Notes: generated by a model from the sequence alone, not told the origin. Counted from the stretch's first letter, positions 25,701-38,705 are shown. The stretch: 64,000 nucleotides of DNA from Halocafeteria seosinensis (GCA_001687465.1 LVLI01000229.1:1-64000); one strand, 5' to 3'. A program made the numbers and translations.

Positions 25701-28700
25701 TGAGCTCGTCGAATGAAACCCTCCTGCGCCAGACAGAAAGCACAGAGAATGCATCTTCGTTGTTGTTTGCTGTGTTGTGCTCCTTTGCCGACATTATACT
25801 AGCTGTCAGGTCGGCGCATCCGAATTGGTTGCATGCAGGTCACCCCAAAAGAAACAATAACCCAAAAGCGGCATTATCAGAAATGGGAGAAGAGGTGGTA
25901 AACTGTCTCTCTACAGAACAAATAAGGACCGTTTCAAGCATGATTGCGTACCTCTACGATCCAAGAGGCTCATCGCAACCTTCCGGAGTAGATTTGGAGA
26001 ATGTTCGCGAGCAGTACGAGATCGCGAAATTAGATTCGATGCTCCTAGGATGCCGTATACCACGCAGGTTCATGGATGTGAGTCGTCTCCTTGGTAACTT
26101 GTCGGAATATGTTATAAAATCAAAGGAAGTGACCGATGTAGAAGCGAAGATGGAACCGACCCACGGAGAGATTTGTAGCGCTGATGGAGTTCGTTATCGA
26201 TACTCGAAGGGAGTAAAGGAATTTTCTGGTGGTACTCTAGACGCTCCTACAGGAGTGATAGAAGATCCGGTTCACAGAGACACTCCCGGTACAAAGGCCG
26301 ATGAGCACTTGGTAAAATGGATCCCTGGGTGTGCGGTGCAGTCCCTTAAGCAACGATATATGTCAATTGTCGTTGCTTTCCTAAACCAATCCAAGCCATT
26401 AATTGAAACCATAAATTACCAGCCACATGATCTTGCTATGTCGCTGTGCAATAGCGTGTCCATTTTAGCTGGAACTGATTCCGCTGCCAATGATTGCTGC
26501 GACGAAGTGATGAGGAAGATTATCGTTCTGCTGATTAACGACGCATTCAAAGCAGAGGCGGCCATACAGAGCAGAGGCCGAAACCGAAGGATGGATTCAT
26601 ACCCTTGCGCCAGTCGAGCTTCTTGCTGGCTTCTGGATGCCCCGTACGTTGTCTCTTCATTTTTGCATGCTTTTCTCGTAATTGGAGAAGAAGATGGCGG
26701 ACAAAGACGGCTGTGTAACTTGGGTATCCCCCAGTTAGTTGTGGTGTTGTTGAATTACCTCGGTAGCTTTTATACAGTAAAAGAATCAGAGGGAAGCAGC
26801 CGATCGAAACATTCCGCACCGATTCAGCCAGCTGCGGCCGTTGGCGGAAGTGATGTTATTAGTGTTTGTCTGGAACTGGGTGGTCTTGTTTTATCTGAGG
26901 GCTATTTGCCGGCACAGCACAGGCTTCTAGAAGCTTACAAGGCGACACGAAGCTCGGCTTTCCTCGCAGCAATCAATAAAATGATTGAAGGATTTGAGGA
27001 TACGTTATCGGTTCCGTCAAAGTCGTCTGAGTTGATTGGTGTTTCTGAAGCTTTGGTGGCAAGTGCAGACAATTCCTCTACCCATGCTTCTGTGCGTTTG
27101 CAGGTGTTCAATACTGCTAAAGAAAACACCCTGGACGAAGGATCCCACACTCTCGGTGAAACTAGCAGTGACCTCATGCGCTGGAAGGAAGTGGAAAACT
27201 TGCTGTGTTTTATTCAACAGATGTGCGAGGGTCATATGCGGCGCTGGCAAGATGAATTACGTGAACAAGTAGAGTTTGTTGTCCAACACAATGTGGTTGA
27301 ACAGATTATCGACTTCTTGCATAGCTTGGTCGCCAATGGCGGCCCGCTTTGGCAGGTAATGGTCTACTGGGATGCAAAATTTGAGCCGGCGGTGATTTCC
27401 CAGGTGATGAAGGCTTTCGTTCAAATAGTTGCCACAATAACCGAGGTTACGCAAGGCCCCTGTGTAGGCAATCAGCATCAACTCAGTCGGTCGCGACTAT
27501 TTGAAGCCGTCGGGTGGATTTGGCATGCCATAGTATTTGCATGCTCGCATAGTGACAAGCAATTGGTGTACGGCAGCTGGGGAGCACTAGATGGTAGTGA
27601 GCCTCGGTTTGCTTCTGAAAATGGGGACAGGAGCATTGGCATAGTCGAATCTCTTTGGGAAGAAATCGATAATGCCATCCAGGATGTCAAAGAAAATGAT
27701 CAAGAAGACCCCGATTTTGACCTGAACTCCTTGCCCAGAAAATCAATTATGATGTTCCTGCAGGACCAAATCATTGAGTGTCTAAGCGCAATTTTAGAAG
27801 GTGATGCTCGACCGTACGCAGTACGAATGATTCAATTGCTGGATCTTCAGTATATTCCTCAGTTGATCAAATTGGTGCTTCGTGAAGGAGAGGCTCAAGA
27901 TAAATGTTTCCCTGTGGGCAAAGAACTATCTATCAGCTACGAACGCGAACGAATTTCAGATGGAATGTGGGACGGTCGATTTGCAGAACTGGATTTATGT
28001 TGCAAGTACATGGTATTTGTCAAAAGGATAAGTATTCGGATTGGTATCGGTGCGGACCTTGCCATAGACGAAATCTTAAACAGAGCTAGCGAAGGTGCGA
28101 CGGCTTCCGCTGGGGACGACCAAGGCTCCAAAACGACGGATGAAAACCACCTACTTACTATGCTTGCGAAAGTTGAAGAGCAGTTCGACCATGGAACTCA
28201 GGCAATACTAAGAATGTTGGCGGACCCTGAAGTGCAGCGTCTTCAGCGCTTGTGTAACCGGCATGTCACTCAAGTCGAGGTTCAAAGCCCCAGTGGCGCA
28301 TTGGTTCCATTCGTTTTCCGGGTGCCACCTGTGGTATTGCGCCATCGCCAAGATGCTGACTTCCGTGAGAAACGAGAGAATGTACTGTTTAGTGTCTCAC
28401 GGGATAGTCCGTTTTCCCGCATGGAAGACTTCATTAGCGAGTGTCCGGGGCTTGTCTTCGAGCTGACCTCCTATCCGCGCCTCAGAATGTGCAGCCTCGT
28501 GCGGCACGTTCAATTTTTCCTCGATTTGACGTTTGTCCTTGCTCTCATGATCAATGCTTGCCTGCTAGCCTCCGAGTCGCATTTGAACGAGTGGGCCCCC
28601 CGCATTTTGATATGGCCAATGGAGGGGCTAGTACTGCCGCTGGGCTGGATGCATGCTATTGCATCCTTGCTCAGATTCGCTTCAGTCTTAGTCCGGAAAG

Positions 28701-29827
28701 CTCCGGCGTGGCTAAATCAGCGGAGTGACGATGAGGAAACCTCGTTAGAGATAAACATAAAAGATCAGGACAAAGATGATGAAAGTTCTAGAGGTGAATG
28801 GAACGCTGACGATGAGGAAGATCACCGGGCGGGCGCCGTAGGCAGTCGTTACCTTCCTGTTGTCAAGAAGATTACGGCATCAACGCTCTCTGATCCTCAG
28901 GCTGGATTCACGTTTGTCTACGCTTTGTCAAGCTTGCTGGCGGTGTCCCTTGGACGGCCTGCGTTGTACTCGATTCATTTGTTTGACCTCATTTCTAGAT
29001 CGGCACTTCTGCGGGAAACTATATCTGCTTTAAAGGAATATAGCTACTCATTGCTCGCTACTGGGACTCTTTGGCTTCTGCTCATGTGAGTACCATTTAA
29101 CTTATGCTCTCTCTTTAGATTCTCAAATTTTAGTCACACTGTCCCTGCAGGTATACTTTTGCACTGGTTGGATTTACATTCTTCAACGAAGACTTCCCTG
29201 AAGGCGAATGTGCCACTTTGTTTGACTGCGTGGCATTTACGCTGAATTTTGGCATGGTATGCTCATAGTAGCTCTCACCCTGTTATGCACAGTCTAACAC
29301 TTTGCCTTTTTTGCGCGTGTGTTCAGAGAGCCGGTGGGGGACTTGGAGATGTGCTGGATGGTGGTGACGGCAAGTCGCATGGGATCGGTCGGGCATTATT
29401 CGACGTCAGCTATTTTGTACTAATCACGGTAGTTATGCTGGCTATCGTGACCGGAGTTATAATTGGTATGTTTCCACCAGGTTCATCTTTCAGTGTGAGA
29501 ATGTAGATACTCGACTTTCGGGTCGCGTTTGCAGATGCGTTCGGCGCGAGTAGAGACCATCGGAATGCAGTACACGAAAATCAAAAGAACTTTTGCTTCA
29601 TTTGCGGACTGGAGAGCAGTAGGTTTGATCGCCTAGGTCGTGGGTTTGGCTTCCATTGCCGGAATGAGCACAATATGTGGGGATATGTTTACGCAATGAC
29701 ATACCTAAAGGTGAAAGATGACACTAGTTACACAGGGTTGGAATCTTACCTGGCGGACCAGATGCAGTCGGGGGCATTAGAAATCTTCCCCATTGGACGT
29801 GCAACCGCCGCGCCAAAGATTTCTTGA
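16798..29827 (+). CDS. ITPR: IP3-receptor/ryanodine-receptor-family Ca2+ release channel with N-terminal tandem Cache-like domains; exons ~16798-16930, 17016-29085, 29151-29256, 29328-29466, 29535-29827
   Basis: MIR-like motifs GQKVQLRHKSSGEILCV and SLWLVQP...GDGFYLFHLATRRYL. RIH-associated LCFIQQMCEGH..WQDELREQ...TITEVTQGPCVGNQ. Six TM segments. Spliced pore NFGM|RAGGGLGDVL, TM6 LAIVTGVII|DAFG, C-terminal CFICGL...FD...F..HCRNEHNMWGY...YTGLESY...IFPIGRA. Introns are GT-AG and keep frame. Confidence 0.9.
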
Positions 29828-31083
29828 TTTTTGCTTCCCTACGGGGAAGTGCCGCTCGCGTCTCGTATGTACTGTTCGGACATCTCGGCGACCGCTTGCG
29901 CTCAGCACCATTTGGGATAGGAACTCCATATTTTTTCTGGTATACGCCTCAAATTACTTGTACTCAGTTACCATGCTCTCCATCGTTGTCATTCACCGGA
30001 CCGACAGTGGATGGCTGACAGCTCACCCGATTATTGACGGTAGTCTTGAACGCATCGCACTCCGCTAAAACTAAATCCCACTGAGCAGCAACGTTAAAAT
30101 ACTGTACTAGTACAGCAGAACTAATCCCCTAGTGCTGGCAGAGAAAAATAAGTCAATGTCGTGTACTTCTTGTATTAAAAAGCGCGTGCGGTTGAACTTT
30201 GGAATTTTCCTCCTGACGAGCCAGCGCTCATGGCACCCTACAATTTGCAATGTTTGACACCAAACGATAGAAATCTGGGAGACCTGTTCTCTGTTCATAC
30301 ACACATGAGAAAATTCATTGGTTCATTACAACCGGAATACAGTAGCAGTGGCAATGATGGGACCCCGTCAGTCACCAAAAGGTTGTTAACGTTGCGACAC
30401 TGAGTGGTGTTACCACTGTACCAGTGGTAGCATTACGGTAGAACGATGACCCGGAATCGATTAAATAACTTACAGTCGTGATGTTTGCAATCTAATAAGA
30501 TAGAGAAACAGCTAATTCCGTCAGGAAATACCATAGTCGTTGGGGAGCCGATCAATCCGTCGAAGCTTCTTGATTCAGGGTGAACTCAGTTGATTGCCTG
30601 TGAGTCAACGGAAGCATGTACTTACCCTGGGTAGTAAAGCTACACAATGTTCTCAACTAGGGGCCTGAAACCATCGTGCACTCCAAGAAATCCCCAACGG
30701 TAGACGGTAGACCTACTGTATGTACACGGCTCGACCTGGCTTGTTTGAACATCCCATTGCAAGTGTAGCCGGCCCCCCCAGACGACTACTGACTACACTG
30801 GGAGTTGAGTGGTGCCCTGTCAGCTTCGCAACTCGAGCTCATCATATTGTTAGACATTGCTTGCCGTTGTGTTGTTTTTTGTTCCTTCCGAAACAAATTT
30901 GATTAAGTTTGTTAACCAAAATTGCTACATTCGCAAAATGCAATGATCCTTCCACTCGGATGACAAGAACACGTTCTACTGTATTACCTCTGTGGAAAAC
31001 GGATCTTGTCGACGTAAGTCATCTTTAAAAGGTAGAAAAAGAGAACAACGTTGTACCAACAGCAGTCATGACGAAAATTCAGC

Positions 31084-32096
31084 TCAAAGCATACCGTGGC
31101 GACGAACTGCTGAGTAGTAATACTCAAACGTATTCCCCGAAACCGGCTTTTGAGATAATGCGTTGTCACTATACCGGTTTGGTCCACTGTCGCACTCCTT
31201 AGAATGAACTTCATCGTATACAGCGATACCAACAGTGTTATCGATTTCTTCAAAGGAGTTCCACCCTACTTGCCATTCGTGCGCTTTCTGCGTGCAATTC
31301 ATGTTTACTGACGGACTTTTGTGCATTTGCTCGAGAAACGCAGGAGCAGCGGCCATTTCTCCCAATTCCTGTGCCTCCGGTATTTCATTAAATTTATCTG
31401 ACTGTTGTAAGAAAGTCGTCACTTCCTTCTGTGTCCATTTGAGGCAATCTGTCCGTGCTAACCCTTTGATCTTGTCTAGACCATTCAAATCCACAAGAAT
31501 CTTAGTCTTTTCTTTATCCGACACGGCAATGACAACGTTAAATTTCCCCCTGTTGTTGCGAGATTGCGTCGCGAGGGCGCGGATGTAATTCTTAGCTTGT
31601 TCGTCCAAAGCAATATTTTCAGCTTGATCAATGATGATGAGAGACTTGTCAGGGATGCAATCTTTCAGTTTCTCGTTCTTGGGAATAGTTAAAGCAGTAT
31701 GAACATCATGTGTTCCGTCAACGTGAACAACGTGTACACCAGCTTGTCTAAGTTCGTTGGCACAGGCTATAACGTAGCAACTCTTCCCCGATCCGGCCGG
31801 AGCGTACATTACAAACACACCTCCATAAGGATACTTGGCAGCTGTTGTCACCAGACCGATGATGGACTGCTTTCCACGTATGGAAGATCCTTAGATTGGG
31901 CTAGAGGAAACACGTCAGTTTTCATCATCTTTTCCTTAACAGCATGCTCTATACCCGCTCTCCACTTGTGATATCGGTCTTGATCGGCTTGGTTTTGGTT
32001 CGCATAATGAAGATAGGCCTGGACACACGCTGAAAATGCCCCCACGAGCCCACCTCCTACGCTAAATACTCGTTCTGCTTCGCCAGCCCACATCAT
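31084..32096 (-). pseudogene. P-loop (AAA-like) ATPase with N-terminal hydrophobic segment, interrupted by one apparent frameshift near 31870
   Basis: Walker A YAPAGSGKS and Walker B-like LIIIDQAE in 31084-31851. The upstream ORF (MMWAGE...VGGGLVGAFSACVQAYL...PYVE) overlaps in another frame, and QSIIGLVTTAAK continues the ATPase frame. Confidence 0.6.
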
Positions 32097-33066
32097 CGGT
32101 TTTTTCCTTTGTACCACAAGTTGATTACTGTAGATCAAGTGATATCGTTTTAATACACACATTGCTCCTTATCAACATCCAAATTCTGTACCAACTCGAC
32201 CGTCAGGTGTAATACAAGTAAAGTGTAAACTTTAAAGTCGAGCTATCCCAAACAAAGAAACAATATAGATACATGTGTAGTACATTGTGTACATGATATC
32301 ATTGTATGCTGGCTACTGAAAATACCCTTCTTACAGTACAGTGTACTGTTATTACCCGTTTTCTTTCTCTCCTCAATCAAGCCATAGATACACGCCCGAA
32401 CGCTACAGACGGACGTACATGTTTTCTGTATCTGATGTTGGAATGCCCTGCCTAAGAATTACTTACCCCAAGAAGGAAGGTTGTACAAAAATTTCCGCCC
32501 TGTTCACTTCCACGTGTACGTCTCCATGCTTTTGTACACGTATCTCAAACAATGAATGTAGGACTCAACTGTTGCTCGAGATATTATTTCACATTGCTCG
32601 AGCAGGCCTATAGCGATGAACACACACACACACTACCCTGTAGACGCCAGGCCGTTAACTGTGGCCATTGCAGTTGTGGAAGAAGAGCAAGCAATCGTCG
32701 ACTTACCTGGATACTGATACACACAAATGCAAAACAGTTTTTCGATACAAAAAAGAGAAGAATGTAAAGTGTCTCTAAAGCTATTCAGCACTACATCATT
32801 TCCCTCTTTCCTACAACAGGAAGTACCTTTTTTATTATTTTTTTCTTAAGTTTTACACTTCTCGAAAGACTGTGCGGTTGAACATCCGACGGGCCGGCGG
32901 CGACGGCAGCCGAAACCATGTACAAAAAAGGTCCACAGGGGGATTCCAGGGGGAGGAGGCATCGTCATTTGAATTATGGAGTCCAGTGCTCTCTGTGGCT
33001 CAGAGTTTGATAGCACAGAGGTCATTTTCACATTCAGATGACATTAGAATATACTCAGGAATAAAA

Positions 33067-35841
33067 ATGATGATGGTAACGAACTCGAGTGTGCGTCGAA
33101 ACATGCTAATGGAGCCTGCATCTTGCTCCAAAGAGGAGGAAGCGTCGGCTCCTCCAGGGTCTGTACACGCCAAATGCCCTGTTTCTCAGGCGAATCAGGG
33201 TCCTACCGAGTCCATACAGGCTCAACACGGCCTCTCCAGTACCCAGTCGAGCGAGCAAGCGTACCACTACCCTCTGTTATCGTCTCGGCCTTTCCTGACG
33301 GACATGACGGGGGCCGTGACCTCCTCCATTGTACAGTCTCAATTAGCCCAATTGTTGATGGAAATGAGCTCAGATACCGAAGGGGATACATCCCACAACA
33401 GTACGTCGTTTTCTGCTTCAACGGCGACCGCATCCGTGGAGGAAGCCACGAAATCTGAGAAAGAGAATGCGGTGGAGAGTGTGAAACAGAGCACAACTAC
33501 CAATTATCATCCACCCGACACTTTGGAAGACGCAGGAGGCTCCACGGAGAAGAATGGTGGTGGAAATGTAGTGCCTTCAGGATCCTCGGCGCTTGGGACG
33601 GCCGCCGCGGCGAGTGAGAAGAGTGGAGAGGGACCGAATGAAGACGAGGAGCACAGGATCCTGGAATGTATGCTATCCTCAATGCGAGAAATTGCATATC
33701 GAGCGATGGAAAATTGTCACTTTCGTCGGAGTACGCTGGACGATTCTATTCTCAGAGAGGGATCGGCTTTGAGACGAGTACTCCACGGACGCAAAGCTGA
33801 GACAGTTTTATCTCATGCGGCGCGATTAGATCCTCAACAAATCGAAAAATTCTCCGGTGCAAGACCAAATGATGGACTCCAAGGGACAGATGTGGATGCT
33901 AATTCTTCGCAAGGCGACATTGAGCAGATGATTGAAGCTATCGTTGAATCGACAAACTTATCCAAGAATACTGCAAGAGAATTGCTTATGGCAGGGACTA
34001 CAACAGGCTCCAGTAGCCACCAAACAACCACCAACCCGCGCAAGAGTACGAGAGCTGCAGCCCGCAAAGCAGCAGCCTCTTCTTTGACAGGAGGTAGTAT
34101 ATCAAACTCCGATGCTAATGTTGCCACCGAAGTTAGCACTGAGACGGTGCAGGCCGCTTCGGAGTCCTACAGTCAAATACAATATAGCAACACCAGCAGT
34201 GTCTACGACATTGCCGGAAATGCTCCTACGCTGATCAATAGCCAGGACGCGAACCACTCAGCGTTTGGACGAGTCAACAGCACGGGGACATATAACGGAA
34301 ATCTGGGCAACATAACCGGTTCTCAGTCCACGCACTTTGATATTGACGATGCTGAGGGGCCTTTCACTAACAGCGACATGCCAGGTGGTAACTTGCATCC
34401 GTCTCAGAGCTCTTTCGCATCGCTAACTAGCGTTCGAAGCTCTGGAATGGACAATGGGCTCCATTATGGTACTGATGACGGACATGAACTATCGCAATCC
34501 CAACGCAGCGACTTTAGATACGAAGCTTTAATGGAACCTGAAGCATCACAACAAAGTGATGATTTATCAGCAAACGTAGACGAAGACTACGATCTATCAC
34601 ATATAAATTCTCCGGGGGATAATGGCGGGGCAAGTGAACGAAGAAGCACACTTAGCCCTTCTGTATATGAAGCAGCATCACTACTACGCATTCAGCAACA
34701 GCGCACCCCACATGGCCTTACACCTAACGGCGCCCTCTCAGCTTCATCGTCTGGAGAAAAAAGGCACGGGTATTCAAACAGCCCGGACGACCAAAGCTCG
34801 CGAAGACGGTCTGAGTTCACCGACCCGTCGGATGCGTATCTCTTTGACGATGATTCCAATACGAATGCTTCGAGAGGAAACAAGCGCGGAAACTCAAAGA
34901 AACAGGAAAAAAAGTCAACCTCGTCCAAAAGAACTGCGGCCAAAAAACGGAAGAATCCCGCAAGTGGGGCAGGTTCTGAGGGTGGAGCGTCTGGGGATGA
35001 ATCCAGTCTGAATAATGATAGCACAAGCAAGAAATCTGGACAAAAACGAGGTAGGAAACAGAAGGAAACTAAGCCAGCAAATAAAACCACTTCAACCAGT
35101 GATGGCAACGAGAGCAAGAACGAAGATGAACCGAGAAAGGTGAGCCGTTATTTGGGGGTCAGTTGGATCCGCGCTACGGAGAAATGGAGAGCTGACAGTG
35201 TCGTTAATGGGAAACTTCAGTACTTGGGTTGTTACGACACCGAAAGACAGGCCGCTCAAGCTGTCGATAAAGCCCGGGTTAAAGGCTGGGACGGAAAGTC
35301 GAAGATACGTCTTAATTTCCCCGAAGAGCACCCTGAAGTTACCACTGCTACTCCTGCTGTAAAACAAGCCCGTGGTACCTCGAAATTTGTCGGTGTTTCA
35401 TGGGATGTCAAACTTAAAAAGTGGAAAGCTAGGATCGTCCTTGATGGCAGACATGAAAGGATAGGACTTTTTGACTCGGAAGAAGAAGCAGCCAGGGCTG
35501 TGGATAAGAGCAAAGTAGAGAACTGGGATGGGTCGACCATGCCACGTCTGAATTTTCCAGAAGAGTATAACCTTCCTCACGGTAAGGGTTCCCAAGCAGC
35601 ATTGGTGAAGACAGCAGTTGAACATGGTTTGAATATTCCGAAAGTCCGAGGAAAGAAAAACCAGCAAGTTGTGGAGGAAGCTACCCGTTCTACTGGGGCC
35701 GCGGAATTTCCCAATGACGCATCATCTTCTCGCAGTACGGGAACTAAACGTAGTCAACGGCAAAGCCGCAAACGCAAGAATGCTAGCGCCTCTGCCACCG
35801 CTGATGACTCTGATGATTTCCTCCACGATCCTTCCGAGTAA
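33067..35841 (+). CDS. Double AP2/ERF-domain transcription factor with long low-complexity N-terminus
   Basis: SRYLGVSWIRATEKWRA....GKLQYLGCYDTERQAAQAVD...LNFP (~35143-35325) and SKFVGVSWDVKLKKWKARI...RIGLFDSEEEAARAVD...LNFP (~35380-35560). Basic NLS-like tracts. Start codon uncertain (ORF open from 32872). Confidence 0.9.
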   Translation: MMMVTNSSVRRNMLMEPASCSKEEEASAPPGSVHAKCPVSQANQGPTESIQAQHGLSSTQSSEQAYHYPLLSSRPFLTDMTGAVTSSIVQSQLAQLLMEMSSDTEGDTSHNSTSFSASTATASVEEATKSEKENAVESVKQSTTTNYHPPDTLEDAGGSTEKNGGGNVVPSGSSALGTAAAASEKSGEGPNEDEEHRILECMLSSMREIAYRAMENCHFRRSTLDDSILREGSALRRVLHGRKAETVLSHAARLDPQQIEKFSGARPNDGLQGTDVDANSSQGDIEQMIEAIVESTNLSKNTARELLMAGTTTGSSSHQTTTNPRKSTRAAARKAAASSLTGGSISNSDANVATEVSTETVQAASESYSQIQYSNTSSVYDIAGNAPTLINSQDANHSAFGRVNSTGTYNGNLGNITGSQSTHFDIDDAEGPFTNSDMPGGNLHPSQSSFASLTSVRSSGMDNGLHYGTDDGHELSQSQRSDFRYEALMEPEASQQSDDLSANVDEDYDLSHINSPGDNGGASERRSTLSPSVYEAASLLRIQQQRTPHGLTPNGALSASSSGEKRHGYSNSPDDQSSRRRSEFTDPSDAYLFDDDSNTNASRGNKRGNSKKQEKKSTSSKRTAAKKRKNPASGAGSEGGASGDESSLNNDSTSKKSGQKRGRKQKETKPANKTTSTSDGNESKNEDEPRKVSRYLGVSWIRATEKWRADSVVNGKLQYLGCYDTERQAAQAVDKARVKGWDGKSKIRLNFPEEHPEVTTATPAVKQARGTSKFVGVSWDVKLKKWKARIVLDGRHERIGLFDSEEEAARAVDKSKVENWDGSTMPRLNFPEEYNLPHGKGSQAALVKTAVEHGLNIPKVRGKKNQQVVEEATRSTGAAEFPNDASSSRSTGTKRSQRQSRKRKNASASATADDSDDFLHDPSE

Positions 35842-36393
35842 GTCTAGTACCCAGTAACGTGTCGGCGCTACTTGCCAATACTGTTGACTGTACTTTGCCA
35901 TCGCAGATTTTGATTAACTGAATGTTGATTGGGTCTCCGTTTTATGGACATAACCAGGACAACCGAGAGTACAAAGCCGTTGCTTTTGGAGTTACACTTG
36001 TAGACACCCTACTATTATATAATTGCACACATACACATGAAGCAAACTACATACGGCATCATCTCATATTGTCCTCCCCTTTCCATGAGAGCATCCATAT
36101 CGAAATTGAACATTTCAAATCGGTAAAGTGTGAAGGAAGTCCGTTGAACGCGACCACGAAGGGTGTTCGCACGGAGTACAAGTGGATGATCCTTTCACAT
36201 TCGCATTGTCTGTCTGTGTTGCATCGTCTTATTCTACACACACAAAATCTCTCTGTGTGTGTGTGCGTGTGTTTGTGGATCTTATCATTAACTTTTTGGT
36301 CTACTGCGTTTGTGTGTGTGTGGCCTCCTTCAAGTTTTTTTGGCGCGTCGAGTGGGGGATTGGAAGCGCGCAAGTAGCGTTCGAGGGTCTATA

Positions 36394-37818
36394 ATGAAGG
36401 TTTTACGGCCCCGTGAGCGGCCCCCGTTGGCCCCAGAGGCGAAAAAATACGACCCACCACGGGATCCTCTCCCGGCACGAAGGTCGTTGGGGAATGAATT
36501 CGCGCGCCACGACGACACTCGTCCTGCAGGAGGCAATATTCTACAGCAAATGGCGCTGGACGAGAAGAAGGACCACAGCCTTGCAGAGCAGACGACGCAG
36601 AGACAACCACCACCTCGTGGTGGTATGGGCACGGATATGGGGAGTGCTGGTAGTGGTGGGGGGGTACGCTCTTCGTCCTCATCCTCTCTCACGGCCGAAG
36701 TGGGAGGAAGTGGCTCCACTAACAATTACGTAAGTGAGAAAATGAATAACCGGCAAGTAAACGTAACGTTAACTGGAGTTTTTGGTACTGCAGAAAACAA
36801 CGATCGCTGGTAAAATGAGTCATCGCCAAGGTGCCAGCGTATGGGACTGTTTCCAACCGTATCCCAACGAAACGGAAGAGGTTAGTTAGTTACCTAGTTA
36901 ATTGTTCCGGTTACCCTAACCTGTTTATTGATCATCCAATGATTGCAATGGTTTTGATATTTGCAGACATGTCGACTCAAAGAAGGGCAAGGACTCTACG
37001 CGATACCTACGAAGAAACGAGTAAACCAAGCTCCAGCAAATTTTGTACCGGATAAAGGCAATCGGGCAGTGGTGGAGGAAAACCGATACCACAATGAACA
37101 ATATCAACGACCAGGCACTCGATACGAACGAGATTTGAGGACGCAAAACCATTTATGGGAGATTTTGACTGGTACCTCAGATACTGAAAGTGTCGATTCC
37201 GGAAAGGACCCTAGTGTATCCTCTCGGTTCAGCGACCAGATGGCATTCGTTGATTACAAACAGTCTAACAACATATATCAAGCCCTTCATCAGGATCCTC
37301 CGTACTCATATAATCCTCAAGATCCTTTTCTAAAACAGGCAGCGGAAAGGAGGGCCAGAGTTGAAGACGGAACCTATCCGTCCTCCAAGTATTTTACCCG
37401 GTACAAACAAAAGGAGTCGGACAAACTACAGGAAGCATTGATACACGATGCGTCCAAACACCGTGCTCCGCGTGAAGATTACGCCTTACCTGAATCAAAA
37501 CGACATGGTAGCCACTTTCGGAATACACCGTGGGATGCTCAGGCTCCCATGCATTTGAGTTGGGATGAAGCCGGGGCCACGCAGAGCTCCCGGGGCCACA
37601 ATGGTGGTAAATCGGAAGCGCAATCACGTCTCGAAAAACATCTTGCAGGACATAAATGGATGCCTAGTGAATCTCGTCCAATAACAACAGAATGCCGAGA
37701 GAATTACCAGGGTAAAATGACAGGCGGTCCTCGTCAACCAGCCCCGAGGAAATTCGGAAAGAAGATGGTCGTGCCGAACCATATGAATCCATGGGGAGGA
37801 CGTACCAAAGTCGTGTAG
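36394..37818 (+). CDS. Hypothetical hydrophilic protein, 3 exons (36394-36729, 36794-36880, 36967-37818)
   Basis: GT-AG introns join MKVLRPRERPP...TNNY|KTTIAGKMSHRQGASVWDCF...EE|TCRLKEGQG... in frame. No recognisable domain. Confidence 0.65.
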
Positions 37819-38705
37819 TATGTCCTTATACTTGCTGTGGAAGCTCATGAGATGGTGTATTGCCTTGACAAAGGCGCGTTCAGATAAGCAAGGTACATAT
37901 TTGCTATGAGTCCAGGTTGTTTTGCCAGGGAGTTAAGCACGCACCATCTCAACTGTGCGTTTTTCTAGCTAGTAGTATTAAGTCAGTATTGGAGTAGCGT
38001 ATACAGTATGGCCGGGTAACTCCCTGAAAAATTTCCAGAGAATTCTCCTCTGGAAACACAACAACTCATGACTCTTCTTGTTAGGTTTACGTCGCGCGCC
38101 GCTGGGTCGGCAACCCAGTAACTTTGTTTCGTCGTCCGAGTTTATCTACTAATTGTGAGGGCTTTGTCCCCTTCAAATGTGCACTTCTTTTCTGTTGGGA
38201 CCTGTGAATTTCGTTAGGAATTCAACGCTCCGGGGAGATTCCTACAGACAATTCCTGTCGTACACGGCATACTGTGCGCGCTAGTTTGCTCCTCTCGTGT
38301 GCTAGTGTTAAGTCACAATCAGAACGTGCTGGCATCTTCATCGTCTGTTTCCGAAGTTATACAGTCACTGGGATATTCATGTGAACAACGCCTTATAGTT
38401 GCTCAATACCAGTAGTCCTTTGTTGAGCAACCTCCTGCTTACTGTCACTGTGTGAGCATCGTTACAGAAGTCTTTATTCCTGTTTGATTGTCACCCTTGA
38501 CGGCTCGCGTTACGCTCTTCCACGAAATGTCTGTAGACCCTTCGAATTGTTTGCCCGCCACACCGGACCATTGCAAATGTTCTCTTGTCTCAAATTTGGT
38601 AGGGAGGGAACGTGTCTTCGTGATATCCGTAGGTGGAGGGCTGTTGTAATTATCGGCAGCAGAAAACGCAGAACTGTTAGCCTTGAAATACCTTGCCGAG
38701 CATAT

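Noticed and set aside
35922..36377. 151-aa and 104-aa ORFs
   Set aside because: Low-complexity (TG/CA)n intergenic sequence with no protein features.
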